DNA of 48,036 nt, taken from Methanobacteriota archaeon. GTDB taxonomy: Archaea; Undinarchaeota; Undinarchaeia; Undinarchaeales; Undinarchaeaceae. This document shows positions 17,846 through 26,477 of this stretch, one piece after another. How positions within the stretch are numbered: the first letter of the stretch is position 1; each line of letters begins with the position of its first letter. The translations under genes and the position numbers were made by a program. Where the stretch lies: NCBI GenBank assembly GCA_002687935.1, contig NZBN01000008.1, positions 1 to 48,036 on the forward strand, written 5' to 3'. Below the pieces are notes generated by a model. It was not told the DNA's origin. It saw only the letters and a program-made list of their open reading frames with translations, and ran no database searches.

Positions 17846-18913
17846 ATGCAAAAACTTGATGAGCAGATTCTTAATATAATAAGAAATGCCGGACCCTCGA
17901 CTCCGATGGAGATAGCTAGCAGGATTAACGGAACGGACTCCTTGATAGTTGGTGCAGTTCTCGCAGATGCGGCAAGTCAGAAGAAGATAAAAAAGTCAAA
18001 ACGAAGGATTGGTGGTGGTCTTCGATACTATTATTTTCCGGACCAGTTTGGAACTCTGCAGAAAAAAATAAGCAGTTCACTTACAACGCATGAGAAGGAA
18101 GTTCTTCAGATACTTATGAAGGAAAATCTTCTTGGAGAATTTGAAATATCAAACCAGATAAAGTTAATTCTTCCAAATCTTGAGGATTTGATTCGGGCTT
18201 TCAACATAGAACATGGGGGAACAACATACAGATGTTGGAGTGCCCCGACAATGGATGAAAAACTTGCATTTGAAACTGCTATGGAGAAAATTACAGGAAG
18301 AGTGGGCAGCGTAGAACCTGAAGTAGCAAAGGTGGAAACTGCAGAAAAGAAAATCCAAGAAGTTAAAAAAGAAGAGCCGGCTGCCAAGATAGAAAAACCA
18401 AAGGAAGAAGAAAAGCCTGAAGCAAAAATCCAGGAAAAGTCCAAACCAGCGTCCAAGGTCGCAAAGAAATCTAAAACTTCTGACTCAAGACAGATAAAGC
18501 TTTCAAAGGAAGACACGACGCAGAAGGAAACTGAAGAGGAAATGCGGGACCGCATACGGAAGGAGATATTAAGAGAAATTGAGGGAGATTTTGGAGATAT
18601 TGTTCTTAGATGGCTGGAGACCCAAGATATTGACGTTCGTTCAGAAAACTCAGTGCCGGATGAGAATACATATGAACTTGATGTGAAAGTTCCGACACCA
18701 CTTGGAAGGCAAACATACATGGTAAAAATACTTGATTTTCCAAAGAAGCCCGCAAGCCAGAATGATGTAGCAGCGATAGGAACAGAGGCAGTAACACGAA
18801 GAGTTCCAGCAATGGTCATAAGTTCAACAGGCTTTGCGAAGACAGCAATAAAATATGTTGATAAGGAGCTGAAGGATTTGGTCTTCCTTATTGACAAAAA
18901 TGACATAGAATGA
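17846..18913 (+). CDS. N-terminal winged-helix-like domain, charged linker, and C-terminal Mrr-like restriction-endonuclease-fold domain (probably degenerate)
   Basis: ILNIIRNAGPSTPMEIASRI (wHTH-like); C-terminal AMVISSTGFAKTAIKYV...VFLIDKNDI resembles the Mrr_cat pattern. Confidence 0.55.
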   Translation: MQKLDEQILNIIRNAGPSTPMEIASRINGTDSLIVGAVLADAASQKKIKKSKRRIGGGLRYYYFPDQFGTLQKKISSSLTTHEKEVLQILMKENLLGEFEISNQIKLILPNLEDLIRAFNIEHGGTTYRCWSAPTMDEKLAFETAMEKITGRVGSVEPEVAKVETAEKKIQEVKKEEPAAKIEKPKEEEKPEAKIQEKSKPASKVAKKSKTSDSRQIKLSKEDTTQKETEEEMRDRIRKEILREIEGDFGDIVLRWLETQDIDVRSENSVPDENTYELDVKVPTPLGRQTYMVKILDFPKKPASQNDVAAIGTEAVTRRVPAMVISSTGFAKTAIKYVDKELKDLVFLIDKNDIE

Positions 18914-18978
18914 CAAGCTGAGATAAAGTTTATAAGCAAATCTCAGCAATAATAAATAGAAGGTGAACTTCACCCTTA

Positions 18979-19587
18979 ATGGCAGACGAAACCTACGAAG
19001 TAGATGAAATTGTGGATGAACTTCTGAATAAGAAGCGCGGCATAAAGGAAATTATAAAGGAGATGAAGAATGTCTCCGAACTTATGGTTGACCTTGCGTA
19101 TTCAGCAATACTTTTCAATAATGATGATTTGGCTGAGGAAGTCAAGGGACTAGAGGAGGAGATGAACAAACTCCGCCTTCAGATTGAGATAAGCGCAATG
19201 CTGGCGGCCCGAACATCAGAAGATGCCTCAAAACTGAGTGGAATAATTAGAGTTGCCGCTGCAGCGGAGAGTATATCCAATGCCGCCGAAAAAATAGCAG
19301 ATACAGTTCTCAGAGATATAGAGCTTCACCCTGTTCTAAAGGAGGCGCTTGAAGAAGCTGAAGAAACTGTTCAGCGAGTTGTAGTAAAAGCGAAATCTGA
19401 AATTGATGGAATGGCAATAAAAAATATCCGTGACAACAAAAAGTACGCGGTTGATATACTATGTATCAAGCGCGGGGGAAAATGGATTTTTGACCCGAAG
19501 TGGGAAAGTAAAGTTAAAGCTAAAGATATGGTAATAGTTACAGGCTTCAAGGAAAATGTTGAGCAGTTTAAGGACCTTGTGAAGTGA
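18979..19587 (+). CDS. PhoU-like plus TrkA-C (RCK_C) domain protein
   Basis: EMKNVSELMVDLAYSAILF, AAESISNAA, C-terminal DILCIKRGGKWIFDP...DMVIVTG. Confidence 0.88.
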   Translation: MADETYEVDEIVDELLNKKRGIKEIIKEMKNVSELMVDLAYSAILFNNDDLAEEVKGLEEEMNKLRLQIEISAMLAARTSEDASKLSGIIRVAAAAESISNAAEKIADTVLRDIELHPVLKEALEEAEETVQRVVVKAKSEIDGMAIKNIRDNKKYAVDILCIKRGGKWIFDPKWESKVKAKDMVIVTGFKENVEQFKDLVK

Positions 19588-20126
19588 AATCCTTCTATAG
19601 AGATTTTATGTTTGAAGTTTCTGACGATGTTTATTCTCCCAGGGAGGACTCTTTTCTTATTGCAGATTCCCTTGAACTGAAAGGCAATGAAAAGGTGTTG
19701 GATATGGGGACTGGTAGCGGAATTCTTGCAGTTGTCGCAGCGTCTAAGGGTTGTGAAGTTACAGCAGCAGACATAAATCCAGGGGCTGTAAAATGCGCGA
19801 AAGAAAACGCTGAGAGAAACCAAGTTTCAATAGAAGTTCTTGAAAGTAATTTGTTTGAGAATATCTCCGGAAAATTTGACCTTATACTATTCAACTTGCC
19901 TTACATCAAAATGAATGAAAAGCCTAAGAAAGTAATAGATCTCAGTTATAATAGCCCAGGAACTATTGAGGGCTTTCTCAAAGAATACAAAGAACATTTG
20001 AAGCCAAGTGGGAGGGCGATTGTTGTAAGTTCCAGCCTCTCAGGCATCGAGCCGGAGAGTCTTGGGAAGATTATTGCACGGCAGAAGCTCCCTTTTGAAG
20101 AGATTTTTGTTGTTGAATTAGAATAA
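19584..20126 (+). CDS. HemK2/N6AMT1-like SAM-dependent methyltransferase (putative release-factor glutamine methyltransferase)
   Basis: VYSPREDSFL, VLDMGTGSG, DLILFNLPY (NPPY-like); GTG start at 19584 or ATG about 19608. Confidence 0.88.
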   Translation: MKSFYRDFMFEVSDDVYSPREDSFLIADSLELKGNEKVLDMGTGSGILAVVAASKGCEVTAADINPGAVKCAKENAERNQVSIEVLESNLFENISGKFDLILFNLPYIKMNEKPKKVIDLSYNSPGTIEGFLKEYKEHLKPSGRAIVVSSSLSGIEPESLGKIIARQKLPFEEIFVVELE

Positions 20127-20633
20127 AGATATCAGCAAATAAACTGAAGCAAGCCCTAAACCCAGCAAGGATTTTATGACAATAAAATTAAGAGTAAACT
20201 CCAGCCAAGGAGCTGATTTGTTTTCGAACTTCTTTATTATGAAGAAGGCAGGAATTGAAGCGACAATTATTCTTGACGCAGAAAAGGATAGAATTGGTGC
20301 TGTGTGGGGATTTACCACTCTAGATAGGGCTGAGAAGAAAAGAATAGCCAAGGAAGCTCCTGCGAGGTAGCCAGTAAAGAAGCGCCGTGTATTATCACTT
20401 TCAGTTCCGAGGACAAGTTGAGCAAGACCGTCCAGAGCCATTGGAGTCATGAAAACTAGAGGTAGTAGAAGTCCTGAAATTGCATTAAAGGGGCCAAACC
20501 AGAGCAAAAGAAGAATGGTAGAAACGAATGCCCCGAGATAAACACCTGTGCACCTTGAGCAAACGACTAAATATTTGGAGAACTTGAAAGAGCGTTCAGG
20601 TCTCTGATGGCACATAAATTTTTTCAGTTTCAT
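20118..20633 (-). CDS. DUF2085-like membrane protein
   Basis: CHQRPERSF...VCSRCTGVYLG, PMALDG, NTRRFFTG. Confidence 0.85.
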   Translation of the reverse strand: MKLKKFMCHQRPERSFKFSKYLVVCSRCTGVYLGAFVSTILLLLWFGPFNAISGLLLPLVFMTPMALDGLAQLVLGTESDNTRRFFTGYLAGASLAILFFSALSRVVNPHTAPILSFSASRIIVASIPAFFIIKKFENKSAPWLEFTLNFIVIKSLLGLGLASVYLLISLF

Positions 20634-21703
20634 CTTTTCTGTACAATAGTAAGTAAATCGCCGTCCTTTAATACATGATTGAGACCAGCTTTCTGGTTGG
20701 CAAATTTTGCGCTCTTCCCCGTCACCATTGCATAACGGAAGTTCTTTCGGAAGGTCTTATGAAGCTTTGAGCAGACTTCCCCAACAGTCGAATCGGCCTT
20801 GACTAAGAGAGGCTCCTCTAAATCAGCTTTTTCGCCCTGAGGTTTCATAAAAATTCTAATGAGCTGGAGCTTAGTAAAAATACTCTCTTTCAAATCTTCG
20901 AGACCTTCGCCCTCTTTTGCAGATATAGAAACCTGCTCCTTGTGAAGTTTTGGGAGCTCCTTCACAGAATCAGATTTGTTAACAATCACAAGTGAGGGAA
21001 GATAAACCCGGTTCTTGACAATGCCGTCAATAAGCTGGTCAAGATCAACCGCATCTTGTATAGTAATTGAAGCATTGAGATAGCCGAATTCTGAAAGAAC
21101 GCTTTTTATGAGAGAGTTTGCAAGTTTGCATTTTGATATTTTTTCGATTTGTATTCCACCATAAGCTCGCTTCTCTATTGAAATTCTTGGAGGCCTCTCA
21201 TCAAGACGGAGATTTGCATCATAGAGTTCTTTCAACATTTGTTTATATTGCTCTGGTTTGTTGGCATCAATTACAAGGCAAAGCAGGTCACCCATTCTTA
21301 TAACAGAGAGAACTTCCCTTCCGCGACCTTTTCCTGATGCCGCACCTGCAATCAGCCCGGGAACGTCCAGAAGCTGGAGCTCGGCTGATTTGTATTTCAT
21401 TGCCCCCGGAACTACAGTAAGAGTCGTAAAGTCGTAGTGACCAACTTCACTTTTTGCATTTGTCAAAGCATTAAGAAGTGTACTTTTTCCAACAGATGGA
21501 AAGCCGGCAAAAATAACAGTTGCGTCTCCGCTCTTTTTTATTCCATAGCCAAGACCACCCCCCTGAGAAGAACCCTTTTCAGCAGAGGCTCTAAGTTTTG
21601 AGAGTTTTGCCTTCAGCTTTCCGATGTGGTGCTGAGTCGCCTTATTGTAAGAAGTTTTGCGGATTTCATCCTCAATCTCCTTAATTTTATCTTCTACTGA
21701 CAT
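20630..21703 (-). CDS. DRG/Rbg-family OBG GTPase with TGS domain
   Basis: NKATQHHIGKLKAKL, GFPSVGKS, FTTL, DVPG, NKSD, C-terminal TGS. Confidence 0.95.
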   Translation of the reverse strand: MSVEDKIKEIEDEIRKTSYNKATQHHIGKLKAKLSKLRASAEKGSSQGGGLGYGIKKSGDATVIFAGFPSVGKSTLLNALTNAKSEVGHYDFTTLTVVPGAMKYKSAELQLLDVPGLIAGAASGKGRGREVLSVIRMGDLLCLVIDANKPEQYKQMLKELYDANLRLDERPPRISIEKRAYGGIQIEKISKCKLANSLIKSVLSEFGYLNASITIQDAVDLDQLIDGIVKNRVYLPSLVIVNKSDSVKELPKLHKEQVSISAKEGEGLEDLKESIFTKLQLIRIFMKPQGEKADLEEPLLVKADSTVGEVCSKLHKTFRKNFRYAMVTGKSAKFANQKAGLNHVLKDGDLLTIVQKR

Positions 21704-21730
21704 AGATAGAAAGAGTTCCCCTCGAAGTAT

Positions 21731-22021
21731 TTAACGATACTTGTTCTTGTTTACAACTTTGGTGACGAGCTTCTTCAGAAGTTTCATTTCCTCGTCGTGT
21801 TTTGAGAACTGATAAATTCCTACACCAAGGAAAATTATTCCGATTGTGATTGCTGAAAGCCCTATAGTTATGAACCAGTTGGTTATATGAGAAAACCCCA
21901 TGAATGCGAAACCAAAGAGTATGAAGGCAATTGATGTTCTGATGTGGGCAAGCACAGTCCTCTCGTGTGCCAGTTCTGTTCTTTTGTAAGAGAGGTGAGT
22001 CCTCACATCATTTTTTGCCAT
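21731..22021 (-). CDS. DUF202/YidH-like small membrane protein
   Basis: RTHLSYKRTELAHERTVLAHIRTSI followed by two TM helices. Confidence 0.85.
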   Translation of the reverse strand: MAKNDVRTHLSYKRTELAHERTVLAHIRTSIAFILFGFAFMGFSHITNWFITIGLSAITIGIIFLGVGIYQFSKHDEEMKLLKKLVTKVVNKNKYR

Positions 22022-22059
22022 AAACTTAGTTTCTGTTTAGAGTATTTATTAATTTCGAG

Positions 22060-22683
22060 TTAGACCAGATCGATTTTGAGGGGGTACATAGCTTCGTCAT
22101 TCCATCGGACAAAATAGGCCTTCATCGGAAGTTTGCGCCAGATATACTTCCTCTTGTTCACCATAAGAATGACTGCACCCATACCATTTGCCCTATTTTG
22201 TTCGGAAATAAAAGTCCTTGCAGATTCCAAATCATTGGTAGATGGAACAAGGAGCCTCTCTTTAACTGGCTTATTGTAAAAGTCGCTTTCAAATGTAGAA
22301 TCATTTTTTGGGAACTGGTTTGGAATGATGTGTTCAACATGAGAATGGGCAATCCCTATCATATCGGACTCCCCACGAGAAAGATGGGAGGTTTTTACAA
22401 TGTAAGGAAAACAATACTTTTCGTCAACGTGCTCAACATCAGTTACACGAAAGTAACCATCTTGGGAAGAGCCAGGCTTTTTTCCTTCTGAAAGTATTTT
22501 TACTCCGCCTTCTCTTCGGCCTCGAAGAACTCCAAGATACTCGATTCCAGTTTTTTGGAAAGTCAGCCTTTTCCTTGAAACTTTTGTTATTTTCTTAAGA
22601 ATTTGTGAAGGAAGAACAAGTTTTTCTGGAATTCCTGACGTGCCAACAAGGGCTTTTTTAGTTTTAATTATTTTAAGAGACAT
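22060..22683 (-). CDS. Putative JAB/MPN+ (JAMM) metalloprotease-like protein with an enlarged motif spacer
   Basis: E-x-x-G-x-L-x-G (EYLGVLRG), IGIAHSH, PSTND. Confidence 0.55.
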   Translation of the reverse strand: MSLKIIKTKKALVGTSGIPEKLVLPSQILKKITKVSRKRLTFQKTGIEYLGVLRGRREGGVKILSEGKKPGSSQDGYFRVTDVEHVDEKYCFPYIVKTSHLSRGESDMIGIAHSHVEHIIPNQFPKNDSTFESDFYNKPVKERLLVPSTNDLESARTFISEQNRANGMGAVILMVNKRKYIWRKLPMKAYFVRWNDEAMYPLKIDLV

Positions 22684-22733
22684 ATAAAGAGAGTAGATAA
22701 CATATTATAAATGACTTATGCAATCCTATATCT
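22684..22733. promoter_or_regulatory. Bidirectional promoter with a single shared TATA element at 22705-22711
   Basis: TTATAAA on plus 22 nt before the trmJ ATG; the same bases read TTTATAA on minus 21 nt before the JAMM-like ATG. Confidence 0.5.
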
Positions 22734-23417
22734 ATGGTTTCAGTAATTCTTCTTAAACCACTTTACCAAGGAAATATAGGTTCAGTAACCAGAGCTATGA
22801 AAAACTTCGGATTTAATGAGCTCCTCATTGTAGGTGCAGAAATTGAAGACGAAGCGAGAAAGATGGGAATGCACGCACAAGACATTTTAGATGGGGCAAA
22901 ACTTTTCGACACTCTCGAAGACGCTGTAAAGAGTTTTGACCTTATTATAGGTACAACTTCATATGAAAGTGGCAAGGACGACAAATTTCTGAAGATGAAT
23001 TTTACTCCGACGGAATTGAAAGAAAAATTAGAACAGGTGAGTGGAAAAACCGCTTTAATTTTCGGACCTGAGGATTCTGGACTCTCAAATGACGAACTCT
23101 CCCGCTGTGATATGACAGTAAGTATTCCAACTGCAGAAGAATACAGGTCTATGAACCTGTCCCACGCAGTGGCTGTTTTACTTTATGAGCTCTCAGGACT
23201 GGAAGGAAAACGGGAGGCAAGACTTGCATCAAGAAAAGAGCTTGACATTATGCGAAATAATATTGAAGAGATTTCAGAGCTTTCAGGACACACTGAAAAA
23301 GAAAAGCTATTTAATGAGATGGTCGGTAAGATATTAGGAAGGTCGATGATTACAGGTCGTGAGGCAAGCACACTTATCGGTTTTCTTAAAAAAATTAAGG
23401 GAGAACTTAAGAAATAA
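22734..23417 (+). CDS. trmJ: SPOUT RNA methyltransferase, TrmJ/TrmH family
   Basis: GNIGSVTRAMKNFG, ALIFGPEDSGLSNDEL, SIPTAEEYRSMNLSHAV. Confidence 0.9.
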   Translation: MVSVILLKPLYQGNIGSVTRAMKNFGFNELLIVGAEIEDEARKMGMHAQDILDGAKLFDTLEDAVKSFDLIIGTTSYESGKDDKFLKMNFTPTELKEKLEQVSGKTALIFGPEDSGLSNDELSRCDMTVSIPTAEEYRSMNLSHAVAVLLYELSGLEGKREARLASRKELDIMRNNIEEISELSGHTEKEKLFNEMVGKILGRSMITGREASTLIGFLKKIKGELKK

Positions 23418-23423
23418 TACAAA

Positions 23424-24695
23424 ATGGTTATTGGAATTCCGGCAGACACAAGCATTTGGGGAACAATTGTTAATTGGACAATATTGCTGATAATGTTTAT
23501 GTATGTTCTTCCGAAGCTTTACCTCTATCAGATTTTTTCAAAGCTTGAAATGGCGGCTCAAAAGTTTGAGGCAATGTCCAAAAAAAGCCAGGCCATGGTA
23601 GTGAAAAACACATCACCTTTTGGAAGAGCAAAAAAAGACATACCAGAAAGAGTTACAAGATTCGTTGACTTTTTTATAGTCCCTCCAGTAAGTCTTGATC
23701 CTTTTGGAATAATAAAGAAGCTCGACCACATTATAGACAATTCTGATGCACGATTTAGGAAGGCTGCAGATTACATAGCACCTGATGCAGACAGTGAGCA
23801 GAAGATGAATGTGTTTATGGGAATGCAGGCAGCCGTTATGATAAATATGGTGGCAAAGGTAGTCAGACATTATGTTGAAATGACGAAAAAATTCAAGAAC
23901 CTGCAGTTTGCAATGCTCCTGCAGATGCAACTTCCAATGTTGGAGAAGATGGTGGAATCAGAAGTAAAGGGTCTCCACGCCTTCTTAAATGGGCACGCGA
24001 TAGGAGATGGAATTGGCCCGATGGTAATTGCAAGTCAGTTGGATACTGAAGGAAAGGAAATCGCAAAGGAGGCAATAGCAGCAAGTAGAACCGTCAATGG
24101 ACGGAAAGTCACATTCATAAAAGCAAGAGGTCCAGGTGGAAGACTCGGAAAAATTGGAGAAGCAGTTGAAAAAATAGCGGCAAAGGGGAAGGTTGCACGG
24201 ATAATAACAGTTGATGCTGCCCAGAAGCTTGAAGGAGAAAAAACCGGAACAATTTCAGAGGGAGTTGGAATCGCCATGGGAGGTCCTGGAGTCCAGCGCT
24301 ACAAAATAGAGGAAGTTGCTACGAAGTATAAACTTCCAATGGATGCAATAGCAATAAAAATGAGTCCATTCGAAGCTATATCACCAATGCCTGAAAAGGT
24401 TGTGGACTCTCTGAAAAATGCAGTTGACATGCTCAATGAAAGAATAGCTGAAGTTCCAAAGGGCAAGCACATTATTGTTGTAGGAGTTGGAAACACCTGC
24501 GGAGTTCCGAATACCAAGAAAAACCTTGAAAAATATGTGAAAAGTATAAAGGAACGAGCAAGGAAAATTAAGAAAGCAGAAAAAGAGAAGAACAAGACTT
24601 GGTGGGGCGGAACAAAGAAGGAAGCTGAGATGTGGAATTTTAACCGTGCAGATATTTTAAATTTAGGAAAAACCGCAGGGTTTATTAAGCAATAG
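23424..24695 (+). CDS. DUF1512-family conserved archaeal protein (N-terminal TM)
   Basis: PVSLDPFGIIKKLDHI, IGDGIGP, ARGPGGRLG, IITVDAAQKLEGEKTG, GVGNTCGV. Confidence 0.85.
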   Translation: MVIGIPADTSIWGTIVNWTILLIMFMYVLPKLYLYQIFSKLEMAAQKFEAMSKKSQAMVVKNTSPFGRAKKDIPERVTRFVDFFIVPPVSLDPFGIIKKLDHIIDNSDARFRKAADYIAPDADSEQKMNVFMGMQAAVMINMVAKVVRHYVEMTKKFKNLQFAMLLQMQLPMLEKMVESEVKGLHAFLNGHAIGDGIGPMVIASQLDTEGKEIAKEAIAASRTVNGRKVTFIKARGPGGRLGKIGEAVEKIAAKGKVARIITVDAAQKLEGEKTGTISEGVGIAMGGPGVQRYKIEEVATKYKLPMDAIAIKMSPFEAISPMPEKVVDSLKNAVDMLNERIAEVPKGKHIIVVGVGNTCGVPNTKKNLEKYVKSIKERARKIKKAEKEKNKTWWGGTKKEAEMWNFNRADILNLGKTAGFIKQ

Positions 24696-24717
24696 AGAAA
24701 CATTTTGAGATAAACAA

Positions 24718-25266
24718 ATGGCAGAGAGAGCTGGAGGCGTATATGCAAGAATGGATGGGAGACCTTACACAAGGGTTTCCAACAAGAAGCCACGAAAGGC
24801 TTATGTAAAGGGAGTTCCGCACAACAGAATACACAACTTTGAATCCGGAACAAAGCGTAATGATTATACAGCTGAATTAATACTACGAGCCCAGAGAGAT
24901 GTGCAGATAAAGCACAACGCTCTTGAGGCTGCCAGAGTTGCAGTTACAAAAACTCTTTCCCCACTTGGAAAGGAATATTTTATGAAAATTAGAACTTATC
25001 CACATCACGTTCTCAGGGAAAACCCTCTAGCAACAGGTGCCGGAGCTGACAGGTTCTCAACGGGAATGAGCAAGGCTTTTGGAAAGATTGTCGGAAGGTC
25101 TGCCAGAGTCACAAAGAATCAAGCAATAATCAGTGTTAATGTAAAGAAGGATCAGATTATTCTTGCAAAAAATGCTCTCAGAAAGGCTTCAATGAAACTT
25201 CCAATTAAGTGCAGAACAGAAATAAATGAGCTTGCAGAAAACAGTAAAACTGTAGCAAGTAAATAA
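24718..25266 (+). CDS. rpl10e: 50S ribosomal protein L10e (uL16)
   Basis: YVKGVPH, QIKHNALEAAR, YPHHVLREN..ATGAGADRFSTGM..AFGK. Confidence 0.97.
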   Translation: MAERAGGVYARMDGRPYTRVSNKKPRKAYVKGVPHNRIHNFESGTKRNDYTAELILRAQRDVQIKHNALEAARVAVTKTLSPLGKEYFMKIRTYPHHVLRENPLATGAGADRFSTGMSKAFGKIVGRSARVTKNQAIISVNVKKDQIILAKNALRKASMKLPIKCRTEINELAENSKTVASK

Positions 25267-26382
25267 TTATTTAGATTTCCAGAAGCGGGCTATTAGAGCT
25301 TCTTGTGAATATGATTTATGTGACGGTTTTCCCTTCTTACTCCTACCTTTTTTTGCCTTACCTTTTGTAACTTTTACTCTGAATCCAACTTCAGAAGCTT
25401 TTTTCTCGAAACGTTGTTTTGTCCAGCCCTGATGTAAATTACTAAATGCTTCAAGGGGCATAACAAGAACTTCACTGTTAGTTATCGCTGAGAACTCCCC
25501 TCTGTCAATTCCATTTTTGTCTTCATATGCTTCATATTCTTCTATGAAATTTATTAACTCGTCCTCGACTTCATCAATATTTCTCCAGATTCCAAACTTA
25601 CTCATATGGCAAGGATATGTTTTGTCAAATGTGAAACGCTCCATAAGATAAGGGGGGTGTGTTTTTTTGTCATCTATGTATCTTTTAATTTCATGTCCGA
25701 ATTTTTTGAAACTGACATCCTGACCGTGTTTTGCTTCACGTGATTTAAGACAGGGCTCCACACCATACATAGACTTGACAAAATCATCCCTCTTTTTGTT
25801 GAAGTATTCAACAGGCTCACCGACCATATACAATTCATCATTAACTCCACCCTCACCGCGCTTTCGAACATCCATTAAATTGTAGACGTTTTCAAGTATT
25901 CCCCTCTGATATATAGAAGTATATTCAGAAAATTTGAATCCAAACATTGTGAAGATGTCCATATAGGGCTCCTCAAAAAGCTTCTTTATTTTCTTGTTTT
26001 CTGAAATTCTGTCAAGAAGCTCTTCAATAAAAATAACTTTTTTTATGAATTTTGGTGAATAGTGACCATTTTTTCTAAGATGTTTCTTGGCAAGTTTCAT
26101 CAAATTGCCTGTTGGCTCTATTGCAATTATTTGCTGAAGACTCTCTGGAAAGTCCTTGTGTAAGTCAAATAAATCAGAAAACTCGCGTCCTGTCCCAATT
26201 CCAAGAACGATTATTCTGGTTTTGAGACCCTTTTTCTTGGCTTTTTTTATTCTCTTCTTTAGTTTTTTGTAAATCTTTTCCTCATAATTACGAGGCGATG
26301 TTGCTAATCTCTTGTTAACAAGAGGGGCAGACGCCCAGTAGGCTTCCTGTCCGCTAGAATAATATTTCCTCCAGTCGACCAT
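25267..26382 (-). CDS. Divergent class I SAM-dependent methyltransferase-like protein (possibly EgtD/Methyltransf_33-like)
   Basis: IIVLGIGTGRE motif I, IAIEP motif II; Lys-rich insertions. Confidence 0.45.
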   Translation of the reverse strand: MVDWRKYYSSGQEAYWASAPLVNKRLATSPRNYEEKIYKKLKKRIKKAKKKGLKTRIIVLGIGTGREFSDLFDLHKDFPESLQQIIAIEPTGNLMKLAKKHLRKNGHYSPKFIKKVIFIEELLDRISENKKIKKLFEEPYMDIFTMFGFKFSEYTSIYQRGILENVYNLMDVRKRGEGGVNDELYMVGEPVEYFNKKRDDFVKSMYGVEPCLKSREAKHGQDVSFKKFGHEIKRYIDDKKTHPPYLMERFTFDKTYPCHMSKFGIWRNIDEVEDELINFIEEYEAYEDKNGIDRGEFSAITNSEVLVMPLEAFSNLHQGWTKQRFEKKASEVGFRVKVTKGKAKKGRSKKGKPSHKSYSQEALIARFWKSK

Positions 26383-26477
26383 AAAAGAATTTTAAGAGTG
26401 GAAATTAATATAGTTTTTCAATCTGGGAAAAATTTAGCAAATTTTATAAGCACATGAACGCTACCAGACTTAATATT

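Noticed and set aside
18106-18939. 277-aa minus-strand ORF
   Set aside because: Ser/Phe-rich antisense shadow of a K/E-rich plus-strand gene
24299-24853. 184-aa minus-strand ORF and similar antisense ORFs throughout (e.g. 27884-28390, 30076-30630)
   Set aside because: Antisense to well-supported conserved genes, with composition typical of shadow frames
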